A stretch of DNA of 40,000 bases from an uncultured Bacteroidota bacterium (lineage in GTDB: Bacteria; Bacteroidota; Ignavibacteria; UBA10030), in NCBI GenBank assembly GCA_963739335.1, contig CAVUAC010000051.1, positions 99,500-139,499 of the forward strand, read 5' to 3'. Both the position numbers and the translations under genes were made by a program. Shown here piece after piece: positions 27,311 through 35,618 of this stretch. The notes below the pieces were generated by a model. It was given only the letters and a program-made list of their open reading frames with translations. It was not told the DNA's origin and did not search any database. Position 1 is the stretch's first letter. The number at the start of each line of letters is the position of its first letter.

Positions 27311-27656
27311 AACATGAATCAAGTTTCTCTGGGCGACTGGAGACTTTGTCAAGGAAACAAGTCTCAATCCGACGATCTTACATGCAACCACCAAAGAGCC
27401 AATCGCCGCCCGCAGCATTCGAAATATACGAAAATCGTGATTGCGCTGCAATGAAATATCTCTTCAATGAACACCAGCGTCAATTCTACTGTCACGTCCC
27501 GTGCCACAGGCCCTCAACGCAGACATCTATGTTTTGTCCCCCCTTTTTTGTACCATTCTGGGGAGGTGATTACAGCGCCACGAATAACCTCACCGTGCAC
27601 AATAGAACTCCACTGTTAGTACGCAGGACATTTCTGCGACTCGTTCAAAGCTGATT

Positions 27657-28136
27657 ATGGATCAAAAGGACGACCTGCTTGAGCGGATGGGTTGGGACGA
27701 AGAGAAACTAAAGCGCGTCCAGGAACTCATCAGCCAGCGCGAGGAGAGACGCTTCGCCAGGACGAAAAAGCTCGTACGAATCCTGGCGTTGATTGCTCTC
27801 GTCGGAGCGATCCTCATTCTCATTGATATTCTTTCACACGGTAAGGGAGCTCCGGTGCCGGTTGACTTCATGAACAAAAGAGCAACGATCGCTGAATGGG
27901 TGAGATCGGGATTCATCAAATCAATCAACGACACTGCATCTACCATTGTGATTGACGAAGCAACGTGGAGCAAGATGTCCGAAGTGAGAAAGAACGCAAT
28001 CGCCCTGCTCTTCAAGGCTTACTTCATGGAAGCAAGCGGCAACAAACAATTCAAGTTCACGGTCAGGGGGAGCTCATCAAACAAGCTGTTGCTCTCCATT
28101 GACAATCCTGGTGTGGGCACAAAGGAAAATCCTTAA
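27657..28136 (+). CDS. hypothetical membrane-anchored protein
   Basis: Charged N-terminus, one TM helix (ILALIALVGAILILIDIL), then a globular C-domain. No family recognised. Confidence 0.5.
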   Translation: MDQKDDLLERMGWDEEKLKRVQELISQREERRFARTKKLVRILALIALVGAILILIDILSHGKGAPVPVDFMNKRATIAEWVRSGFIKSINDTASTIVIDEATWSKMSEVRKNAIALLFKAYFMEASGNKQFKFTVRGSSSNKLLLSIDNPGVGTKENP

Positions 28137-28145
28137 GACAAGCCT

Positions 28146-28544
28146 GTGGGACAACAACAGTTACTGCTCATCGTACTGGGAATACTGATCGTCGGCATGG
28201 CGATCTACGGTACAACTCACATCCTGGAATACTACAACGCAGTTCAGACCCGTGATCGGGTGCGCCAAGAGGGATTGCTCCTATGCCAGTATGCGGAAGA
28301 ATACAAGCTCAGGGCAAAGCAATTGGGAGGAGGGGGAGGACTCTATGATGGTTTTAAACTGCCAAAATTCTTCATTGGTGAACCGGACATTGGATACTGG
28401 GTCGGCGGATGGGGCCAATTCCTCCTCGTCTATACTTGCAGTTGGGGTCCAGGCGCTGTGAAAGGAGAGGATAGCACATGGCCCATTTCCATTCTCATCA
28501 TAAAATCCGGCAACGATCCAGCGCGCGTATATACGCTTAACTGA
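28146..28544 (+). CDS. hypothetical protein with N-terminal TM anchor
   Basis: GTG start 9 nt after the previous TAA. Contains the TM helix QQQLLLIVLGILIVGMAIYG. No family recognised. Confidence 0.45.
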   Translation: MGQQQLLLIVLGILIVGMAIYGTTHILEYYNAVQTRDRVRQEGLLLCQYAEEYKLRAKQLGGGGGLYDGFKLPKFFIGEPDIGYWVGGWGQFLLVYTCSWGPGAVKGEDSTWPISILIIKSGNDPARVYTLN

Positions 28545-28755
28545 TTTGTTCAAGTGCAGGATTTCCTTCCAGAGCAAGCCTCGTTTTGCCATCTCAGCAT
28601 CTCAACGCCGCTGCAACATAAATCGCCCCCCAAGAAGGAGTTGCAACTCCTTGATAGACTCCTTGACAATCCCTCCGGTTTTCGCTTACTTTGTGAAGCG
28701 ATATTCCGGTTATCCGTCTGCTTTGCGGGTTCCAAGTCAGGGATTGGATCCCTAC

Positions 28756-28980
28756 GTGAAGAAAACTTCAGCCATATCGCTCCTCTCAGTCATCCTTCTT
28801 CTCTCCATTTCTCTGATCCTTGTCACTGCAACAGGTTGTGTCTCGTCGCGTGATGCGCTGAGGCTCGAAGCTGCCGCGAACTGTCCGTTGATGAAAAACC
28901 TGCAGGACAACGATGAGGATCTTTTCCAGATCGAAGACGGCACAGGTGCCGTTGGGGAGGCCGCGGCCTGCCCCACATGA
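28756..28980 (+). CDS. small lipoprotein (~74 aa) with two Cys in the mature part
   Basis: The GTG start gives VKKTSAISLLSVILLLSISLILVTATGC (lipobox-like TATGC). The mature part is acidic with Cys in AANCPL and AAACPT. The stop lies 10 nt upstream of the next gene's ATG, in its RBS region. Confidence 0.4.
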   Translation: MKKTSAISLLSVILLLSISLILVTATGCVSSRDALRLEAAANCPLMKNLQDNDEDLFQIEDGTGAVGEAAACPT

Positions 28981-28990
28981 GGGTAGGACC

Positions 28991-30006
28991 ATGTTTCAGG
29001 CGAAACAGAGACATACGACGTTTTATCTTTTGTTCCTCGGAGTTCTCAGCGGCGCCGCGGCGAACGCGCAGGGGTACGACGACGCGTTCGAAATGAAAAA
29101 CAAGCTCAAGGTCGAGCTTCAGTACGCCGACTACGGAGAGTACCGAGTACCCTGAGCCGATCATCTATCGATATGGTGTGAATGAATACCGTCAGTTGGA
29201 GCCATACATGGCGAATTTCCCTGAGAAACGAGCACTTATCAAATTCACCCGCCTGGTCGCGGAAAATTCGGCGCTCGGGATCAAGTATCAGTATTCCGAC
29301 CTGAAACAAGACGCGCGACAGCATTTCCTTGAAGCAAAGATCACACAGACGATCACCGACGAAACGATTGCCCTTGCCAGCGTGCAGTTCCTTCGCGATT
29401 CGAGAGGGTACAGCGCATTCCAGGGAGGTGTGGGTACACTCTGGGATATCAACGCCCTGACATCCATACAAGGGGATGTGCAGTACTTCTATCGGGGACC
29501 TGAGGCGGCAATTGTTGGCGGTCGCATGGGCACAGTCAACGCCCGCATGAAGTTCCGCCAGGTGCTGACATTGTCGACTGCGCTGCAGTTCGAATACAGC
29601 TTCTACGACGCGAAGGGAGAGGGGCTAAAATTCAGTTCTCACACCGCGGCTCTCTGGCTGAGTCAATTCCTGCCGACTCAAACAGCTGTGCATCTGAACA
29701 TGCGGGTACTATACGAATACAATGGGAATTACATCGGTGGCTCCTTCTCTCGAAGTCGCCCAGTACATCGATTGGGCGACGACGCTCTGGCTCAAGTACC
29801 GGTACTACAAGAACAGAAGCGACAATGTGAGTCTTGGAGAGCAATCGATTATCGTGCCGGATGGATTGCGATCATCGTCCGCGAGCATCCAGCTTAATCG
29901 CGAAATGAGTCGAGAGCTTCTGCTGTATGCGAAGTACCGCTACTACGGCAGCAACCTTCATGTTCAGATGAACACGTACATGGTGGGAGCGGTCTATTCC
30001 TTCTGA
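28991..30006 (+). CDS. outer-membrane beta-barrel protein (unknown family); two frame changes (~29150-29180 and ~29720-29745)
   Basis: Signal peptide MFQAKQRHTTFYLLFLGVLSGAAANAQ, alternating-residue beta strands throughout (LGIKYQYSDL, ALQFEYSFYD, TLWLKYRYYKN), and a C-terminal MVGAVYSF-stop (terminal Phe). Three ORFs in three frames join colinearly. Confidence 0.6.
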
Positions 30007-30018
30007 GGAAACAGTGAA

Positions 30019-30798
30019 ATGCAAAGGCGCATGCACTTCATAGTTCTTGCCTGTCTGTTGGCTGCGAGCGTTTTTCTGCAGCGGTGCGGCAGCCCGCCGC
30101 CTGCGACCCCCGACCCAGTCACTGGATCGATACAAGTCATGGCTATGGACACGGCCACGATTCGGAGCATCTCGTTTGTACTTGATGATGTGAAGTACGG
30201 CTTGCATTCTAATCCTTATATTCTAAACAACGTCGTCATTGGCGTGCACAAACTGTTCGTTTCGGATGAATCGGGAATAGGCGCATCAACAATCGTTGAG
30301 GTGCTCCGAGAACGCCGGTCGGATGCGACTGTCTGGTTGCTGTCTGAAGGACCGTACCTTGGGAGAGTCGCGCCGAAATTCACGGCGACTTCGATTGATA
30401 ACCAAGTCATCGACCTCCAGCAACTTAGAGGAAAGGTGGTGCTCCTCGCGTTCTTCGAGCATACTTGACTGGACTGCATTCAGACGGAGTTGCCGTCTTT
30501 CCAACGAACATTGACAAATGCTTTTCCTCCTAATAAATTGACTGTCGTCGGTGTCAACAACACTTCCTCAAAACAGTGGCTGTCGAACTATAGAAATCAG
30601 AGTGGAGTCTCATACCCGCTAATATATGACGACAGGAGTCAGCTATTCAGCCTCTACGAGGTGGGACCCTCGTTTGGTAACAGTCCGCCAACGTATGTTC
30701 TGATCAACACAAAGGGAGTTGTGCGGTCCAGGACGGACAACAAGTTCAAACAAACAGACACTCTTGCCGTCCTCATACAGCAGATGTTGAATCAATGA
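30019..30798 (+). CDS. TlpA/redoxin-like thiol:disulfide oxidoreductase, candidate selenoprotein (UxxC; in-frame TGA at 30466..30468)
   Basis: ORFs 30019..30468 and 30490..30798 are in the same frame, with only the TGA between them. Read-through gives KVVLLAFFEHT-U-LDC-IQTELPSFQ, so the TGA falls on the first Cys of the thioredoxin-fold CxxC. N-terminal signal with Cys (VFLQRCGS), and a hairpin lies 13 nt downstream. Confidence 0.7.
30482..30498 (+). promoter_or_regulatory. SECIS-like hairpin downstream of UGA
   Basis: AGACGG-AGUUG-CCGUCU: a 6-bp stem and a 5-nt loop containing GU, beginning 13 nt after the UGA. Its sequence is similar to the hairpin in the paralog (shared CGGAGUU). Confidence 0.45.
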
Positions 30799-30892
30799 TG
30801 AGGGGGGTCAGGACGGCCATGACACTCGTGATGTCTTTTGCAGTGACGGAACATGAACTTACACACAGAGCGGAGTTTGAAAGGAGGTCGAC

Positions 30893-33301
30893 ATGAATAG
30901 AAGGGAACTCCTCAGAATCGGGTCCATCCTTCTTCTCCTTCTCCTGCCGCTGCTTGCGACAGGGCAAAATCTCGCATCAACCGGCTGGGAGTCGCTGGGT
31001 CCCGAGGGTGGAAATCTCTGGTCGCTGGTTCGTGATCCAGTCTCCGGTGCTTTGTTTACCGCGACCTATGACTACCCCACAAGAGTCTACAAATCGACGA
31101 ACGATGGTGATCTCTGGACTCCTCTCGGGCAGATACAAGACAATATCGGTTTCTTGCTCATCGATCCCCAGCAACCTGAGTATCTCTACGCTGCCAGTTC
31201 TTACCTTGGCTATGGGACAAGTCTTGGTATTTACAAGAGCATAAACGGTGGGTGGTCGTGGAGCAGGCAAACGTTCGCGGGTGAAACCGACTACAACTAT
31301 ACGATAAGCGAATTTTGTATTGATAACGCGAACCCCAAAAACCTGTCCATCGTGGGGTATTTCTACGTTTTTGTCGGTAGCAATGTCACCTATCGTTCGT
31401 ACGAGTATCGATCGACTGACGCTGGAGTGACATGGTCAGTCAAGACTTTTGACAACGTTGCTGCCGATCAGTTTGTTGCGTACTGCAAGGAAACCGACCC
31501 GAGTGACTCAAGGATTCAGTACATCGGCGGATACACAATCAAAACCGGCAATACGTATCCGAAGGTTTTTAAGACGACGAACGATGGATCCAGCTGGATT
31601 GAACTGGCTGGATTGTCTGGCATGGGGTATGTATACGATTTCTTGATTGATCCTACATCTCCTTCCAAAGTCTACGCAGTCGGTAGCATGGGAGTCTACA
31701 GAAGCCTCGACAAAGGAGCCAACTGGCAGCTCTTGACAAGCTCTGCGTGGGGCGCAAAACTCCTGTTTGACCCGAAGAGTTATTCAACAATCTACGTTTT
31801 CGGCAGTGGAGTGAATTGCTTCCGGAGCACCGATGCGGGGGTAACGTGGACGAGCATCAGCCTGGGCCTGTCGGGCGGAGCCACGAACGGACTCCTGGTC
31901 AATCCGTCCGCAACGAACACGATGTACACGGTGACGCATGGCGGATTCTTTCGGTCAACCGACAGCGGTGCCCACTGGACAACGGCAAACCATGGAATGC
32001 TCAGCACGTACATTCCTTCGGTGAAATGTTCTCCTTCGTCGCCAACGGTCCTCTATGTCTCTGTTCTAAATTCCGGTTTGTACAAGACGACCAACGCTCT
32101 CGGAAAAACATCTCCCGCTGGCAGTCAAAGCATCGTGTGGCAGAAAATGCCTGAATATTCCTATTGTGAGGGGATACTCAGGATGGAGCTCAGCCCGGGC
32201 GATGCGAATATCCTTTACATCCAGGAAGGGGCTGGGTGAAGCAACGCCAGGCTCTTCAAGAGCACGACTGGCGGCGCCAGTTGGACCGTGATCGATGAGA
32301 CCATAAAGGGCTACAACTTCCGTCTGGCGGGTACCCTCTATGAAGCGGGGAGTGCTTACAACCAGTCAGATCAGTCGTACAAGATGGTCCTCCGAAAGAG
32401 TACAAACGACGGAGTTTCATGGACGCAGTATCTTCTGGACGAGCGGGTAAGTTGTGCGTACGCCGTGCTTCCCCACCCCACGAACAACAACATCATCTAC
32501 ATAGGGGGTGACGTCACGAAGGCCGATGGCTACAATTACCCCATCCTGTACCAAACGACAGATAATGGGGCGACATGGCGCTCGCTCGGCGAGAACACAT
32601 TCACGCAGTCATGGGAGAAAATCCAAATTCTGCTCTGCGACCAGAACAATCCAAACCGGATGATAGCAGGAACAAACTATGCCTTCTTCCTCTCAACCAA
32701 TGGCGGCGCGTCATGGTCTAAGACCCTGAGCAACGTGGATGTTTCCTCAGCAGTAATCGACCCACAGAACGGCAATACCATCTACCTGGGAACGCGGTAC
32801 TCAGGCGTCAAATTGTCCACCAACGGCGGAGCATCTTGGACGGATTACAATGATAACCTCCCAAGCCTAGACGTGGAGTCGATGGATTATGACAACGTCA
32901 ACAAGGTCCTGTATATTGGGACCCGGATATCGGGGGTGTACCGGCGTATCGTTGGAACCGCTGTCGCTGTAGAACAGGAATCAATGCCTGGACGCTTCGA
33001 GCTCGCGCAAAACTATCCTAACCCGTTCAATCCAACTACCGATATCGAATTTAGAACTGCTAATTTCGAATTTGTGACACTGAAGGTGTTCGATGTGCTC
33101 GGTAGAGAAATTGCCACGTTGGCTGAAGGGTATCACAGCGCTGGATCCTACAAAGCAACTTTCGATGCCTCTGGACTGAGCTCTGGCGTCTATTACTACC
33201 GGCTGGAAGCCCGCCAGACAGATGGCGGACAGCCAGGAGGCGCTTCAACAGGGTCGGCACGGAGTTTTGTGCAGACAAAAGCCATGGTGCTTATGAAATA
33301 G
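30893..33301 (+). CDS. BNR/Sortilin-type repeat beta-propeller protein with T9SS C-terminal sorting domain; in-frame TGA at 32237..32239
   Basis: Signal peptide, then more than 12 BNR-like motifs (YKSTNDGDLW, YRSTDAGVTW, FKTTNDGSSW, YRSLDKGANW, FRSTDAGVTW, FFRSTDSGAHW, STTGGASW, STNDGVSW, TTDNGATW, LSTNGGASW x2). C-terminal FELAQNYPNPFNPTTDIEF...VFDVLGREIATL...SGVYYYRL is a Por_Secre_tail. The two ORFs are in the same frame and separated by one TGA. Confidence 0.8.
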
Positions 33302-33408
33302 GATAGAAGATCAGCCGGGGGCTTTGTATATTCCGAGCGAAGACGAGGCCCCCGGCAAACATTCAGCAGGTCACAACACTCAGCGGAAGACCCCACCATT
33401 ACAGGCGA

Positions 33409-33906
33409 ATGCGCACCTCATCACTTAGACAACTTGTCACCCTTTGTCTGCCATTTCTCTTTGCAACCACTTCGGTCGTTACCCAGGAGGGGTTGCGGGC
33501 GGGAATGGAAGCCCCCGAATTCAAACTGCCCACCATAGCAGGCAAGACCGTTACGCTCCGGGAGTTCCAGAACAGGAAGGTTGTCATTGTTCATTTCTGG
33601 AAGTCGAAGTGAAAGGAATGCCAGGCGGAGTTTCCGTCTCTCCAGAAGATCTTCGACGAATACAAGGACGTGGCAATTCTCTCGATCAATCCCATCGATA
33701 TGGCCGGCAGAGTACAGGCCGACGCAAAGTACTACAAGCTTCCCTACGATGTACTAATCGGGAGAGATTCAGATATCATCTCGGAATATCAGATCATCAA
33801 ATTGCCGCGTCTGATGATTATTCGAAGTGACGGGAAGATTGCTTTCACGGAGAGGTATGTGACGTACGAGAAGTTAAAGGAGGAGATCGATCGCGCCGTG
33901 AGGTGA
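33409..33906 (+). CDS. TlpA/AhpC-TSA redoxin-like protein, candidate selenoprotein (UxxC; in-frame TGA at 33610..33612)
   Basis: ORFs 33409..33612 and 33670..33906 are in the same frame. Read-through gives KVVIVHFWKSK-U-KEC-QAEFPSLQKIFDEYKDVAILSINP, the standard redoxin layout with the TGA at the first Cys. Signal peptide present, and a hairpin lies 11 nt downstream. Confidence 0.7.
33624..33638 (+). promoter_or_regulatory. SECIS-like hairpin downstream of UGA
   Basis: GGCGGA-GUU-UCCGUC (6 bp including one G-U pair), or alternatively a 5-bp stem with loop AGUUU. It begins 11 nt after the UGA. Confidence 0.45.
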
Positions 33907-34049
33907 CGCACACACTCCCAACACCTGCCCTGCAATCCAGCGCTCCCTTGAGCATCATCCACACTGTGAGGCAATAGGAGAGGATACGCGCGCTGCCCTT
34001 CAAGAGGCATCTAGGCAGGCCTTTTGATCATTTGGCATTCACGGAAAAC

Positions 34050-35618
34050 TCACCGGGTCGGCTTTTCAATCCGGTACAGCTCCTCCCCCACACGCACGAA
34101 TCGAAAGCCATCCCTGCTCATCAGCGCCATCGTATGAAAGTCATACGAGCGGCGATAATCGTCCAACATCTTCTGGTTCTGTGGGTAACGTGACCGCCAC
34201 GCATCAAACGGTCGCGCCTGAGAGGCCGTGCAATAGTACACTGTCAAACCAGGCGGAAGGTAACATCGCTGAAGCGGAAGATAAAATGATCGACCTTGCA
34301 GGATGTACGGCTTTATCTCGCGGAGAGGAAGATCACCTTCATGGGAATAGAGGGCATAGATATTGTTGTGCTGGAACCCTTCGATGAACAGATAGTACCA
34401 GAAATTCGCGGCGTAATCATAGTCCGGGCAGAGGATCAATGCGTTCTTGCCGACAACCCTTAACGATTCTTCCGTCAGCTTCTTTGCCTGAACACTATTG
34501 CTTTGATCGGCAATTCTATAATTCGTAAGAAGGAAATAGAATGGCAGAATTGCAACCAGGCAACTGAGGATCACTGCGTAGCGTGCTGCGGTTTTGGTGA
34601 ATATCCACTGAAGTCCGACACCGAGCGCAAGCGCCAATATCACATAGACTGGCAACAAATAAACAAAGAGGTCCGGAATCACATAGGACAAAGTGAAGAA
34701 CAGCGTCCCACACATACCCAGCAGAAGAAAATTTCTTACACGGGCGTGCTGCAGCACAACAAATCCCAAGACTGAAATCGGGAGAAGGAAAACATACTCG
34801 AGCACCAGCAACCGGAGGACAAAAGGACTTCGGACGAAAATAACTCCCCTCAGGCCGTCCACGAAAAAGTTCGCATGAAACTGGCCTCCGGAGACATAAT
34901 ACCAAAGCGTTTGGACGTCCGGGACTGTGATTTCGAGATAAGATGTCTCGTGGGCGTAGTATCTCCAGATAAGATAACCATATTGCGCCGCACCGAGGAT
35001 GATGATGACAGCAACCTGGAGGATGACCCGCGGGTTCCAGAAGAACTCCTTCCGCGTCACCCACACGAGATAGGCAATCGCCGGCAGTAGTGTCACAACG
35101 ATCAGATGATCGCCAAACGAGCATGCATACACCGCGCATGCGAGCAGGAAGTCCCGGTGTTTGCCCAGAAGATGCCAGCGGATATAGAAATGAAGAGTCA
35201 GCGCGACGAAGAGAACGCTGAGAGCATAGACTTCAGCGATAACTGACTGCGACCAGAGCGTATACGTGAATCCAAAGATTGCGACGACTGCCGCCGTGAG
35301 CGTATGACGAACACCGAGCAAGAGCAATGAACGAGAGAGGACAAACAGCGCAAGGGCCGAGAAGATTGCTGACAGGAGATTGGCTCGGAAACCTATCGTG
35401 CCGAACGGGAAGATTGAAACAAACAGATAGTTGAGCATGACGTAGGTAGGCGAGCCCGGCTCATGGGGAGTACCCAGAACCTTGCCAACGAATTGAAACT
35501 TGCTGGTGTCACCGGAATAGCCAACACCTGGCAGCAGGGTCCGTATGTACACAACAAACACCAACAAGACCACCACCACCGGGAGCACTGATACTAAACG
35601 TTTTCTGAGTTCTGTCAT
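34050..35618 (-). CDS. DUF2723-type GT-C membrane glycosyltransferase (protein O-mannosyltransferase-like)
   Basis: Polytopic membrane protein. The N-terminal loop GYSGDTSKFQFVGKVLGTPHEPGSPTYVML fits the DUF2723 signature (D/E in the first loop, G.aH.PGyP). The soluble C-terminal domain ends in FVRVGEELYRIEKP. Confidence 0.65.
   Translation of the reverse strand: MTELRKRLVSVLPVVVVLLVFVVYIRTLLPGVGYSGDTSKFQFVGKVLGTPHEPGSPTYVMLNYLFVSIFPFGTIGFRANLLSAIFSALALFVLSRSLLLLGVRHTLTAAVVAIFGFTYTLWSQSVIAEVYALSVLFVALTLHFYIRWHLLGKHRDFLLACAVYACSFGDHLIVVTLLPAIAYLVWVTRKEFFWNPRVILQVAVIIILGAAQYGYLIWRYYAHETSYLEITVPDVQTLWYYVSGGQFHANFFVDGLRGVIFVRSPFVLRLLVLEYVFLLPISVLGFVVLQHARVRNFLLLGMCGTLFFTLSYVIPDLFVYLLPVYVILALALGVGLQWIFTKTAARYAVILSCLVAILPFYFLLTNYRIADQSNSVQAKKLTEESLRVVGKNALILCPDYDYAANFWYYLFIEGFQHNNIYALYSHEGDLPLREIKPYILQGRSFYLPLQRCYLPPGLTVYYCTASQARPFDAWRSRYPQNQKMLDDYRRSYDFHTMALMSRDGFRFVRVGEELYRIEKPTR

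Noticed and set aside
27346-27654. 102-aa ORF just outside attR
   Set aside because: It has no RBS, a Cys/Pro/His-rich improbable composition, and no motif. The region more likely holds the native tRNA upstream region and the promoter of the following gene.
28134-28148. Same-frame junction between ORFs 27657..28136 and 28146..28544 as possible stop-codon read-through
   Set aside because: The stop is TAA, not TGA. The downstream ORF has its own start followed by an N-terminal TM anchor, consistent with two separate genes.
30466-33612. Reading the three in-frame TGAs as evidence for an alternative genetic code (TGA as Trp or Gly)
   Set aside because: Many well-supported genes in the window terminate at TGA at the expected protein end, for example TetR at 6447..6449, the kinase at 3650..3652 and transposase orfA at 16040..16042. 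Local Sec recoding or a mutation fits better.
33444-33830. 128-aa ORF overlapping the second redoxin gene in another frame
   Set aside because: Its translation is Arg/Gly-rich without motifs. The alternative frame gives a complete redoxin with signal peptide and UxxC motif.
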